Shown here: positions 17,317 to 27,041 of the stretch, piece by piece | How positions within the stretch are numbered: position 1 is the first letter of the stretch | How the letters are laid out: every line of letters starts with the position of its first letter | Source of the DNA: a virus | Lineage: Duplodnaviria; Caudoviricetes | Reading direction: 5' to 3' (one strand) | Length of the DNA stretch: 55,082 bases | IMG/VR virus record: IMGVR_UViG_3300030430_005159 | Location: 1-55,082 of that record | Made by a program: the position numbers and the translations under genes | The notes under the pieces: model-generated | The model's input: only the letters and a program-made list of their open reading frames with translations | What the model was told of the DNA's origin: nothing | Database searches by the model: none

Positions 17317-20024
17317 AATCCTGCCTGATTCATCGTCCCGCGAGGAATATCAAAGTCTGCACTGTTTCGGTTGTACAGATCTTCGAGTTGGGCTTGCTGA
17401 TCTGGGCTCATTCCGAGACCCTCCGCCATCGAGTTCAAACGATCCGTGGCGTTCTGCAAAAATTCCTGACCGGGTTCACGTCCCGCCGTGGTTCGGAATG
17501 CACGGATTCGATCCAAAACGTCGACGTACAATCCCAAGTACGCATCCTGCGATTTCTTATCCACACCCACCTGATCCTCAATCGTTGCAGACTCCATCGC
17601 AATTTGTCCGTCTGCGGGTGCAAATTGGATGTCCTCTGCGGTAGGAGTTTTGACGGGAGCAGGAGCAGGGCTCTTTGTTTTTGCGGGCTTCGGTGCAGTC
17701 ACAATCGCAGATGGCGGAGTCGCTGGTGCTGCTGGAGCAGGAGCAGGCTTCTGTTCGCCGGGCAATCGACCTGTTGGTTTAGTGCCGAGATCCGCCAATG
17801 AACGCGCCAATTCTTCGTCATCACCGGTGAGAGTTGGAACGTCAATGGTCCCAATCTTGCCACCTGAACGGTCCACAGGGCCTCGTGCGGCGAGTCCGGT
17901 AGGCCTTGCCTGTGGTCGCACTCTAAGACCCTCCGACGCCTCCATGACGTCTTCCATGGACGCCATACGGACACCCGCCAAACGATCGCCTTCCTGAATC
18001 TGAGAAATCGACTCGTCCGCCTCTTGAATGACCTGAGCAAACGCTCCCTCAAGGTCGGGACTGGCGCCCGGATCGAAGAAAGCATCCTCGTCTTGCATCA
18101 TGAGGTCTGTGACTTCTTTGGACAGATTCAACAAGGATGTGCCGGCACCGCCCAAAATCGATCGGGTGAGAGCTTGTGGGCCCGACCCTGTGGGTGCAGG
18201 CATTTGGTCTTCCGCAACCCCCAAAGCGCTTTCATGATTCAAGAACTGCATCAAGCTCGTTGCTTGGTTCGATTTTTCGGACGGGAACGTTTCGTCTCTC
18301 AACTCCAAGACAAAATCAGCCACCCGGGCTTCGTCGTCGAGGATTAAGTCTTCGAAATCATCCATGATGCGCCGCAGTTTTTGTCGCTCCACTTCGATTT
18401 GGTCGCCGCCTTTTGTGTCCATCGTCGCAAGTTCATCGATTGCATTGACGAACGCAATCGGAAACCGGCTTTTTACAGAATCAGGCAACTGATTGAAATC
18501 CGCTGCCAACTCTTTTGGTGTTTCAGCGCTGGTTTCATCGAGACTGCTCTTGAGTCGCCGCACGATGGCTGGAACCACACGAACACCCGGAAGGCCAACA
18601 GGGCTGTACTCCGACATGCTGTCTGGCTCACGAATCGTAAGGTCCGGCTCAAAATCATCCGGGCCTTCGGGATCCGATGCCATGATTTGCTCATCAGTCA
18701 GACCGGTGCCAGATGCGGCCACGGGATCGACAGATAGAGGCGTAACAGCCTGCGTCTTGGCTTGAAAGTCACCTGAAAATGCGAGTGATGAAATCGGCAA
18801 CGCTTCTCGAAATCCGGGTGCTGGTAAAAACGGATGACTCAAAAGTTGAAGTTGACCTGTTGTTACCGGCCCCCTTCGAGATGCCTCAGTCAAAATTGCA
18901 TCTCGGCGTTTCGTTAAGCGTTCGATTTCTGCATCGATATCGCCGAACGTCGTTGACGAACTGAACGACTCCGCAACGAACTGGGGACTAGATGCAAGCG
19001 CCTGATATGATTGTGGCAATCGCACTTGTCGGGAGGTCAATTGATTTGTCACGGCCTGCTGAAGTGATTCAGGCAGCTTCGGATTCACCGTTACCTGACC
19101 ACCCTGAACGACCAATCCGGGAAACTGAGACCGAATGTACGCTGTTTTTTCTTGATCTGTAGCAGAGACCGCGGGCGGTTGAGTTGGGCGTGCCTTGACG
19201 GTTCCGTACTTCGGCCTCAATCCGACTTTTACGCGGTAGTGATCGATTTCTTCACTGAGGTCTTCGCCTGCAGGCTTGATTTCCGCGTCCGAAGAGTACA
19301 TTCGGAGTGTTTCGAGACCCTGTTGTGAATCTGCTCCTGCAAGTAGCTCGGGGATCTTGGCTACATCGGTGATGAATTTTTCATTCACCAAATCAGTAAA
19401 TGATCCTACAACTTCTTCATTGAATACTTTTTGGTATTCGTCCTTGAAAAATTGTATGTGACCATCGATTACTTCATTTCTTTGTGGATTGTCTGATCTT
19501 TGCTGCTCAAGCATTTGTTCTATTTTTTGCAATGCATATGCCGCAGTTTTTTTGAATTTTCCTATGTCTTGAACTTGCCCAGTTTTAGGAAATATTCGAG
19601 CAGTTTTTAAATTGGTTACTAAATTACCCCTCGCTTCGTTTCGCGCATTAACATTCGAATTGAATAGTCCCGGATTCAAACGCTTCAGGAAGTCATTGTC
19701 ATTAACAGAATTCTTGAAGTTGTTATTCTCCTCGATCGTTTTTCGAGCGGCCTTACTGTTTTTCTCATTCCACTTACGGACGCCCTCACCAAATTTTCGT
19801 TGTTCTTTTTCGTAGCCGGTCAACGCTCGACGATCGGACTCTTTGCCCCCGCGAGCAGTTCGCCGGCTGTAGGACGCCTTGTACCGTCTCAACGTTGAGA
19901 TTTGACGATCAATCGAGTCGGCTCGGCGCATGGCATCTTTGTTGTCGCCCTGTACCTTTGAATAGTACGCTTTTGCTGACGCATTCAGACGACCCTGAAG
20001 CTCTCGAAGAAAATCTTTGCTCAT
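17313..20024 (-). CDS. Large internal virion / ejection-type protein
   Basis: 903 aa, helical charged N-terminus, Pro/Ala-rich linker; coupled to the M23 gene. Confidence 0.6.
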   Translation of the reverse strand: MSKDFLRELQGRLNASAKAYYSKVQGDNKDAMRRADSIDRQISTLRRYKASYSRRTARGGKESDRRALTGYEKEQRKFGEGVRKWNEKNSKAARKTIEENNNFKNSVNDNDFLKRLNPGLFNSNVNARNEARGNLVTNLKTARIFPKTGQVQDIGKFKKTAAYALQKIEQMLEQQRSDNPQRNEVIDGHIQFFKDEYQKVFNEEVVGSFTDLVNEKFITDVAKIPELLAGADSQQGLETLRMYSSDAEIKPAGEDLSEEIDHYRVKVGLRPKYGTVKARPTQPPAVSATDQEKTAYIRSQFPGLVVQGGQVTVNPKLPESLQQAVTNQLTSRQVRLPQSYQALASSPQFVAESFSSSTTFGDIDAEIERLTKRRDAILTEASRRGPVTTGQLQLLSHPFLPAPGFREALPISSLAFSGDFQAKTQAVTPLSVDPVAASGTGLTDEQIMASDPEGPDDFEPDLTIREPDSMSEYSPVGLPGVRVVPAIVRRLKSSLDETSAETPKELAADFNQLPDSVKSRFPIAFVNAIDELATMDTKGGDQIEVERQKLRRIMDDFEDLILDDEARVADFVLELRDETFPSEKSNQATSLMQFLNHESALGVAEDQMPAPTGSGPQALTRSILGGAGTSLLNLSKEVTDLMMQDEDAFFDPGASPDLEGAFAQVIQEADESISQIQEGDRLAGVRMASMEDVMEASEGLRVRPQARPTGLAARGPVDRSGGKIGTIDVPTLTGDDEELARSLADLGTKPTGRLPGEQKPAPAPAAPATPPSAIVTAPKPAKTKSPAPAPVKTPTAEDIQFAPADGQIAMESATIEDQVGVDKKSQDAYLGLYVDVLDRIRAFRTTAGREPGQEFLQNATDRLNSMAEGLGMSPDQQAQLEDLYNRNSADFDIPRGTMNQAGL

Positions 20025-20030
20025 GTGAAC

Positions 20031-20558
20031 CTACCTGCTGAGATAAAAAATCAGTAACTTGTCAGAGCTTGTTGCGGTGCCGCCCGTGTTGTCGATTGTA
20101 TCAGCTTTCTTTATCGAGAACTCCGCAGTCAAATCGGTCAAGATGCCCGAGGTCCCATTCTGCTCAAGCACCGCGATCAACTGATCATTCAAGCGGATTC
20201 CGGCAACGGTATGAGCCCCGGCCGATCCTCCAGTAATCAACGCTACCTTGATGCTGTTCGATATCTTCGAGCCAGTGACGCTGCCGTCTGCAAGCATGCG
20301 TGAGCTAATGAATCCGTCGCCTATGAGATCGCTCAGGCCGCTTTTGACGGTGAACGTGGCCTTCGGGATGGCTTGACGTAAAAACGACGCTGTGAACGAT
20401 CCTGCGACCACCAAAGAAGTGAGCACGGACTCTGTGAACGACTGATCCTCGATGTCAGACCCAGACGGTGCCCGAGTCACACTGAACGAAGAATCACCGC
20501 CACTCGGAACCACATCTACGGAGCGGTTTGAAATGTATCGTCCATTTCTCCAAGGCAT
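20031..20558 (-). CDS. Hypothetical virion protein
   Basis: 175 aa; ATG overlaps upstream TGA; Gly/Thr-rich C-terminal beta domain. Confidence 0.6.
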   Translation of the reverse strand: MPWRNGRYISNRSVDVVPSGGDSSFSVTRAPSGSDIEDQSFTESVLTSLVVAGSFTASFLRQAIPKATFTVKSGLSDLIGDGFISSRMLADGSVTGSKISNSIKVALITGGSAGAHTVAGIRLNDQLIAVLEQNGTSGILTDLTAEFSIKKADTIDNTGGTATSSDKLLIFYLSR

Positions 20559-21550
20559 CAGAAGTTTCTGGGGCCGAACAAATTTTGCAGACCGGCAAGA
20601 GCGCGGGCGCGTCGAATTTGCTCAGCCTGCAACAGTTCGGCTTGAGATGTCAGCTTGCCTGCTTCGGTAAGCGCCTCCTGAGCGAGGTCATCTTTGCCTC
20701 TTCGTTCAAGTCGCTCTGACCGTTTTGTCAGTCTGGCCGCTTGGTCTTCGAGGCGACGAGTCGCCGTCTTTGGTCGAGTGGCCCCGAAGGCACCCACAGC
20801 GGCTTTTGCAATCGCGAGCCCTTTCTGTCTTTTGGCATCCTTTTGGATCGCCTCTTCTTCAGCCCTCGCGACTCGAAGATCACCGATTCGCTTTGTTGCT
20901 TCAAGATCTTTTGTTGTTTCGGCAACCTGACGTTGAGTTTCGGCAGCAAGCTCGCCCTCTTCCATGACCCGCTGGGTTTCTCTACCCAGCGCAGCAATGC
21001 CTTGGGCGGCCCTTGTGGGGTCTTGAGCGAGGGCTTCGCCTACTCGTCGACCCGAAGCATCCAACGCCTGTTTGGCTTGTTCTCCGGCAAACTCGATGTC
21101 GACGTCTTGGTCTCTGATTTCTTTGAGGTCTTTGATCTGATCTTTGATGGCTTCTAGAGTGCGTTTGGACTTGTCTTCAGCAGTCCTGATGTCTGACAAA
21201 TCGCCGAGCAGTTGAAGTCCTACCCCAGCACCGGTGCGTTGAGCGTACTGTCTTTCTTCGAGATCTCGCGCAGCCCTAAATGCTTGAATGAGATCCGCAT
21301 CGGCACCTGTAGCGGGGGTGGCGGGAGCAGTCGCAGGCGCAGGCGTAGGCGGAGCAGCAGCCGGAGCAGTGACAGCAGGCGCAGCAGGCGCAGCAGGCGC
21401 AGCAGGCGCAGCAGGCGGAGCGGTAGTGGTTGAACCAAACGCTTGAGGCGCTGGAATGCCAAAACGCGCAAAAAACAAAGACATAGGGTCTGCTGCACTG
21501 AAATTTGTTCCAGGCCCATCAATCGGTGTGAATAAGTCGTGTTCGGACAT
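20558..21550 (-). CDS. Putative internal virion protein with (PAA)n linker and coiled coils
   Basis: 330 aa; 9-bp GCAGCAGGC tandem repeats at ~21340-21420 encode PAAPAAPAA; GAGG RBS. Confidence 0.65.
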   Translation of the reverse strand: MSEHDLFTPIDGPGTNFSAADPMSLFFARFGIPAPQAFGSTTTAPPAAPAAPAAPAAPAVTAPAAAPPTPAPATAPATPATGADADLIQAFRAARDLEERQYAQRTGAGVGLQLLGDLSDIRTAEDKSKRTLEAIKDQIKDLKEIRDQDVDIEFAGEQAKQALDASGRRVGEALAQDPTRAAQGIAALGRETQRVMEEGELAAETQRQVAETTKDLEATKRIGDLRVARAEEEAIQKDAKRQKGLAIAKAAVGAFGATRPKTATRRLEDQAARLTKRSERLERRGKDDLAQEALTEAGKLTSQAELLQAEQIRRARALAGLQNLFGPRNF

Positions 21551-21557
21551 GTGAACC

Positions 21558-21977
21558 TCAGGCTAAAGTTTGCTTGCCGTATGTGCGGCTCATGTATTGA
21601 TCGTAGGGAGTGCCACCACCAACGCCGATGCTCGACGCCAAAACTGCGTCCTCAGGAGAAAAACGCACCCCCGGAAGATCAGTCGCATCTTTTGCTGCTC
21701 TTGCTCTCCGTTCCGATGCCTCTTGCTTTTCCCTTCTTTGCGCACTTTTGAGTCTTGCAGCAGCATTCTTTTCATCTCGACGAGCTTTACGGCGCGCCCT
21801 TTCGATACGCTCTTCGTCGCTTTTCCGGCCTTTTTCGCCGAACAAACCGGCGACAAGCCCCACCCCGGCGCCAATAGCGGTGCCGATTCCGGGCAAGACG
21901 GCGGTTCCGATCGCAGCACCAGATGCTGCGCCCCCTGCTCCCGCCAATGCGTAGTCGCCTGCATCTCCGTTGGCCAT
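21558..21977 (-). CDS. Small internal virion protein with glycine-zipper N-terminus
   Basis: GAGGAASGAAIGTAVLPGIGTAIGAGVGLVAGLFG followed by a charged helix, typical of podovirus ejection/pilot proteins. Confidence 0.7.
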   Translation of the reverse strand: MANGDAGDYALAGAGGAASGAAIGTAVLPGIGTAIGAGVGLVAGLFGEKGRKSDEERIERARRKARRDEKNAAARLKSAQRREKQEASERRARAAKDATDLPGVRFSPEDAVLASSIGVGGGTPYDQYMSRTYGKQTLA

Positions 21978-21998
21978 GAATCCCTCTGTGTATTTATA

Positions 21999-22793
21999 TC
22001 ACTTGTAATGGCAATCTACGACGAAGTTTCTCGCATCGAAAAGCAGATGCTTTACATTTTCATCATCTCGCCTTTTCAGTCGATAAACGCATCGATAGCT
22101 GACTTTGTTCTCGCCCTTGGTCAAAGAAATCACATTTGTAAATGATTGATTTTGACGACGCATGTTGTATTGTCCTTCGCCTCGCGAAAAAATCCTGCGA
22201 CGACTGCGTACAACGGCCTGAGGGCCCGATCCATCCATGGTGTCAACAAACAGCATGGTTTCTGCCACAATTCGACCCGCCAACAAACATCGATGATATG
22301 CGGCTCGTTGTCGATCTCCACCTTCTTCTAAGTCACGCAATTTGTTTCGATAGCCGTCCGAGCCACCTTGATCCAAGGTGTAAAAATTGCCCATCACAAA
22401 TGCAGCGCAACTTTCTCTTACAAACACAGTCGCAGCCATTCCCTCGATTGGCTGCCAAGCGCTGACCTTCGTTCGAGTGGTATCAGAGTCGTAGTTCAAC
22501 GCCAAAACGCTGCCGGATTGCTCGTGTCGATAATATCGATCCAAGCGGTTGCCTGTTCTCTGCCGGAACACAGTGTCGGAGGATACCGCCTCTACCCGGG
22601 GGTGTGGGCTGCCATAGAACTCCGGTTTTTCGATGTGTTGAGACTGAATAAAGTCGGTGTCAGCAAAGTCAACGTCCGGGTTGATGCCACCGTTGAGGAA
22701 TCTTTGAAGCTCAAGAAATCGAGCCCTCAAATCTTCCGCATCCACGGGATCGTTGGGGTTCACATCTTTAAAAATAGTTGGATCGATGGGCAT
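21999..22793 (-). CDS. Tail-associated protein (paralog trio, 3)
   Basis: 264 aa; N-terminal ...FLELQRFLNGGI, C-terminal LFDARNFVVDCHYK. Confidence 0.6.
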   Translation of the reverse strand: MPIDPTIFKDVNPNDPVDAEDLRARFLELQRFLNGGINPDVDFADTDFIQSQHIEKPEFYGSPHPRVEAVSSDTVFRQRTGNRLDRYYRHEQSGSVLALNYDSDTTRTKVSAWQPIEGMAATVFVRESCAAFVMGNFYTLDQGGSDGYRNKLRDLEEGGDRQRAAYHRCLLAGRIVAETMLFVDTMDGSGPQAVVRSRRRIFSRGEGQYNMRRQNQSFTNVISLTKGENKVSYRCVYRLKRRDDENVKHLLFDARNFVVDCHYK

Positions 22794-22794
22794 A

Positions 22795-23751
22795 TTATTT
22801 TTGTATTTTGTATCCGTAAAGATTGAAATCTGAAACGAAGAATCCGAAAAATTCTGGTTTCAAGCAACCGTCTGGGCTTGCACCTCCAGCTTTTGTATCC
22901 CCTCCTCCGGCAAACCAATCATTGTGAGAACCCCAAACGGCAAACTGCACATTGTCGTATGCGATCAACGGGTCCAACAAATGAGCGACCGTATAGTCAA
23001 CGCTCAACGCAAATGGCTGACTATCTCTATAAGAAATATCATATCGTGCAGGACTTGACGTGCTGGGATCTGTGGTGTCTCGGTGCTCTCCAGAAGTGCC
23101 AGTAGTGACACCCGTATTGCTCCTTTCTTCGTTTAAGCCTCGACCTGAATGGTTAAGGTGAAAAAATGCCGATAAATCCGCCGTAAAATCACCAGTCGTT
23201 ACAGTACCTCCAACGGTTTTACATGTGACGAATGACAAACTACTGTCACTCGGTATTTTGCCACCGAAAGCACAACTGAATTCTTGGTGAGTTGACGGAA
23301 CGTTTTGCCAGCCTTCATCGTCACCAGTCACTCCGTCCTCGACGTTGAATCGATATCTCAACATCATTCGTATGACTGGATTTGTCCCCTCAAAAAATGT
23401 CTTGAACCCATAGTCTGGGAGAGTAATTCTACAGCTTGCTCTCACCAGTATTTTATCCGTACGTGAAATATCAGAGAACGTAATTCTATTTTTAGAAATC
23501 CAGTTTTGATTATCTGCTCTCCAAAGCTGATATATCCCTCTCCTATCGCCGGTAATCGTTGTACTTCCAAAACCATCTTCGAAGTGATTTGAAAACACAG
23601 TGTTTTCTTTCACTAAGTTTTGATTGATTGCTTCATTTGCAATATTTTGTCCATCAATCTTCAGGTCCGCCAAGGCTTTATTCAATTGATTAAATTTGTT
23701 GGACGTTATCTCGTCGCCTTCTTCGAACTCGGGCACCACTAATCGACTCAT
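22795..23751 (-). CDS. Tail-associated protein (paralog trio, 2)
   Basis: 318 aa; N-terminal GDEITSNKFNQL...IDGQNI, C-terminal FFVSDFNLYGYKIQK; visibly AT-richer. Confidence 0.6.
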   Translation of the reverse strand: MSRLVVPEFEEGDEITSNKFNQLNKALADLKIDGQNIANEAINQNLVKENTVFSNHFEDGFGSTTITGDRRGIYQLWRADNQNWISKNRITFSDISRTDKILVRASCRITLPDYGFKTFFEGTNPVIRMMLRYRFNVEDGVTGDDEGWQNVPSTHQEFSCAFGGKIPSDSSLSFVTCKTVGGTVTTGDFTADLSAFFHLNHSGRGLNEERSNTGVTTGTSGEHRDTTDPSTSSPARYDISYRDSQPFALSVDYTVAHLLDPLIAYDNVQFAVWGSHNDWFAGGGDTKAGGASPDGCLKPEFFGFFVSDFNLYGYKIQK

Positions 23752-24782
23752 TACGCCTTCCTATATTGAACAACAAGGTTGGATGTTTTAACAAAACAAT
23801 CGATTCCGATTTCAATTTTTGAAACTGAAGACTCACCCTGAGCGACCCCTTTGAACTCATCGACCTCAACGAATCTTCGTTCCGGCAAGGGGTAAAGCGC
23901 TCTTTGAGTTGAGTCTGAGACTTTGGGGTTGAACTCACCGATTGGATCACCTTTTTTTGTAATACCCGCCAGTCCTCGCGGACTGGATTCGAGCTTGATG
24001 TTGGAGACACCTCGCACCATGCTCTGAATTTTGTTTTTTCCGGCAACAACGGGTACACATCCGGTCAAGTAAATTCCGTTGCGAATCAGTCCGTTGAAAA
24101 GCAGCCCTGTTTCAGAAATTGTGGTGCCGTTAACGTCCACCTTGAAAGAAACGGCAAAGCGGTCAATGGGTCGACCAATCCAGCGGCCTTGCGGAAAGTT
24201 CTTGTGCTTGAATCCTTCAAAACTGCTTTCCGGGGTATAATTCTCAATGATAAGAAGCCCATCTTCTTTGAAAACTTCACTGCAACTTACGCCCATCCAG
24301 CCTCCGGGAGGAGTTGCAGGATTTCCGCAAATAGTGTCGTGTTGAAAAAAAGGTTCGAAGTTTTTCTTGGAGACTTTCAATTTTTGCGCAGCCTCATCCG
24401 CGCTCACTAAACCATTGCCTTTCCACTCATACGAGGCCATAAAATCAATAATCACCCACCCGTCGGACGATGCGTCAAACTCGACAACGGGCATCTCGAC
24501 ATTGTTTGCATCATCTCGGCTGACGTAGCCGATCGTGTTGTGATTCAACTGGAACCGTGACTCTTCGGAAAACAGACCATCCAAACTTGAAACAAAATTT
24601 TCAGTGAACGCTCCAGACTCGAATCGACCTTTATCAATACCGTTTCCGGCTGGATTTTCGAAATTGTCAGAGTCAAGATTGCCGTTGATTTCATCAACAA
24701 ATTGTTTCAGGTTTAAGTTGAAGTCGTCAGGGTGAACGATTTCGCCAAGTTCTGGGCGTATTGAAGGGAACTTGATGGCCAT
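23751..24782 (-). CDS. Tail-associated protein (paralog trio, 1)
   Basis: 343 aa; N-terminal GEIVHPDDFNLNL...INGNLDSDNF, C-terminal CFVKTSNLVVQYRKA. Confidence 0.6.
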   Translation of the reverse strand: MAIKFPSIRPELGEIVHPDDFNLNLKQFVDEINGNLDSDNFENPAGNGIDKGRFESGAFTENFVSSLDGLFSEESRFQLNHNTIGYVSRDDANNVEMPVVEFDASSDGWVIIDFMASYEWKGNGLVSADEAAQKLKVSKKNFEPFFQHDTICGNPATPPGGWMGVSCSEVFKEDGLLIIENYTPESSFEGFKHKNFPQGRWIGRPIDRFAVSFKVDVNGTTISETGLLFNGLIRNGIYLTGCVPVVAGKNKIQSMVRGVSNIKLESSPRGLAGITKKGDPIGEFNPKVSDSTQRALYPLPERRFVEVDEFKGVAQGESSVSKIEIGIDCFVKTSNLVVQYRKA

Positions 24783-24785
24783 GAC

Positions 24786-27041
24786 CTACCTCTTGTCTGC
24801 CGACAACACATCGGTCAGCGAGCGAATATTCCGCTGTTCACCGGTCTTAACGTCTACACTGTATCCAACAATCATCATGCGATTCGGCAGCACGTTCTCC
24901 GCATCTTGCAAAATCCGAATCGCAAACTCTGTGGTCAAAGCCTTGTGCATGTGACTGACATCGAATCGAATGACCACTGGTCGATGAAATCCAAACTTGT
25001 CACCGTTATCAAATCGAGCAATTTTTGGGAACAAGCTGGATGCGTTGCCGTACACAGGCTGTCTTTCCGACTCATCAGTATGTTGTTGCTTCCGACCTTT
25101 GTTTTTGTCCAGAGCATCAATATACGAACGATTGACCTTGAAGTTGGTCTTGATTGGCTCATCACCATATGCGACCGCATACAGATTGATGTAGGCCACC
25201 TGAACCGCACTGAAAACACTGTTGAACGAAATAGGCGCCGTCTCATACACTGGAAAATCAGTTGTCGCGGTGTAAAAGGCATCGGGGACACCATCTTGAT
25301 TTAAATCAAGAGTTGCGGAAGTACTGCCTCTTTCGTTTTTGATGCGGAAAAAGTTCGAAAACACATGAATGCCGGGCGAGTTGACCAAGTCGTGCGACCC
25401 GAAAAGTACGTACGGAACTCTGCCTCGCACTTCTGTAGAGCATTGAATCGGGTAGTTTTCCCTGAAACTCCAAGACCCAATCGTGTAATGCCACACGAGC
25501 AACAGATTGTTTTTCTTGCCAATCGTAGGAACGCAGAGCCAATACTCTTTGTTGATGCGATCGATGGTCCCCACGGCAGATCCGGCACTGCTGTAGCAAA
25601 TGCGCTCCACCAAATCCTTGATCGGCGTACTCAGCTTCACAACGACTGTTGCATCGTTGGTGTCTTCGAGCATGCCCTTTAGAACATACACGCCGTTGCT
25701 GGCAAGAAATACCAAGCCAGTGTTCGGAACATCTTTGATCGAGTTGGGCGCAATGCATCCAATGTCGCGAGTAAGTGTTTGAACGAAGAAACCTTGCCTT
25801 GAGTCACCTTTGATGAAAAAGATGCCGTGCTCTTTGAACACCACAAGAGCATTGGTTGTGGAATAAAGGCCGGTGATGTCCCCTGCTTCAGCATCGCCAA
25901 TATCAAATACATTGCCCTCAGGGAACACCTCTGGTGTTCCGGGGGCACTGAATCGAATCCGATTGTCGGGCATGCCAGCCACAAAAAGCGTATTTTTGAA
26001 GGCCGTAATAAACCTGCCTTGCGCCGGAAATGGTCCAAAGTCTTCAGGGTCGCGTATGGCGCCAAGATTTGAATCACTGACGCCATCCTCAATCACAGTC
26101 GTTTCGTTGTCTTGAACCTCTTTGAGAAAGAAAAAGTTTCGGCCGACTTCGGCTGTAATCGGATTACCAAAATCATCGTAGATGTCTCGTGTGCGGTAAA
26201 TGCGTCGAGCAACCACATTTGGTCCGCCCACCGGCAAAGTCAGTGCCACATATCGACGAAGCCCATCGGCACATTCGAACTGACAAATATCACTCGGATC
26301 TGAGAGGGGACTCTCTTGTCCTCGACTGTTTACGAAGCTGACTCGATATTGATACGCGCAAAGTTTGGCATCGAGAAAATTGTCCTCTTTTGATTTTGCG
26401 CCTTTCGGCTTGAGGCTACCCAGTCCCTGACCTCTTACCCTCGTCCCCAAAAAGTATTTTGTTTCATTCTCGTCTGGATCCTCTACTGCCTCTCGATAGA
26501 AATCCCGAAACACCACTGTTGCAGATGGCGAAGACGGTGAGGCTGAAAAACCAGCAGGGCTTACAAATCGTCCGTCGAAAACCGATGGCTCATCCGCTCC
26601 ATTGACGATGTAGAGTCGACCACCAAAAGTGACGCTTTGCGAACCGATCGAGGACGTAGATGGTGTGAACCTTTTTCTTGAGCTTGCAGTTGCAACGCCG
26701 TTGTATGGCCTCCCTTCGAGATCCTCAAGAAAATCAAACGGATCGACTGATGGGTCATTGAACTTGAAGGGTGACAAGCGGGCAAGCTGACCTTTGCCAG
26801 TTTCAAACAAAACAAATCGTTGAGCACCGTTGTGTCGAAGCAAAAAATGAATCGAGGTGATTTCTTTTACGGAACCCCAGTCGAACGAGGAGCCGGTGAC
26901 TACGTCGTATGCTCCGGCTTGACGCCAGCCATCATAGTCATCCCAACTCATCTCTTTGATTTCTTCGGCGGAGTCAGCCGATACTCGCCACCGCTGGTCC
27001 ATTCCGCGAAGCCGCGCGACCTCTAAACGTTGAGTCTTCAT
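24786..27041 (-). CDS. Tail nozzle / stabilization protein (P22 gp10 / T7 gp12-like beta-propeller)
   Basis: 751 aa; ITGL...LVVFKE, IGCIAPNSI, LVFLA..GVY, LSTPI, EYWLCVP motifs; inserted YQYRVSFVN..GQESPLS / RRIYRT module; follows the adaptor. Confidence 0.7.
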   Translation of the reverse strand: MKTQRLEVARLRGMDQRWRVSADSAEEIKEMSWDDYDGWRQAGAYDVVTGSSFDWGSVKEITSIHFLLRHNGAQRFVLFETGKGQLARLSPFKFNDPSVDPFDFLEDLEGRPYNGVATASSRKRFTPSTSSIGSQSVTFGGRLYIVNGADEPSVFDGRFVSPAGFSASPSSPSATVVFRDFYREAVEDPDENETKYFLGTRVRGQGLGSLKPKGAKSKEDNFLDAKLCAYQYRVSFVNSRGQESPLSDPSDICQFECADGLRRYVALTLPVGGPNVVARRIYRTRDIYDDFGNPITAEVGRNFFFLKEVQDNETTVIEDGVSDSNLGAIRDPEDFGPFPAQGRFITAFKNTLFVAGMPDNRIRFSAPGTPEVFPEGNVFDIGDAEAGDITGLYSTTNALVVFKEHGIFFIKGDSRQGFFVQTLTRDIGCIAPNSIKDVPNTGLVFLASNGVYVLKGMLEDTNDATVVVKLSTPIKDLVERICYSSAGSAVGTIDRINKEYWLCVPTIGKKNNLLLVWHYTIGSWSFRENYPIQCSTEVRGRVPYVLFGSHDLVNSPGIHVFSNFFRIKNERGSTSATLDLNQDGVPDAFYTATTDFPVYETAPISFNSVFSAVQVAYINLYAVAYGDEPIKTNFKVNRSYIDALDKNKGRKQQHTDESERQPVYGNASSLFPKIARFDNGDKFGFHRPVVIRFDVSHMHKALTTEFAIRILQDAENVLPNRMMIVGYSVDVKTGEQRNIRSLTDVLSADKR

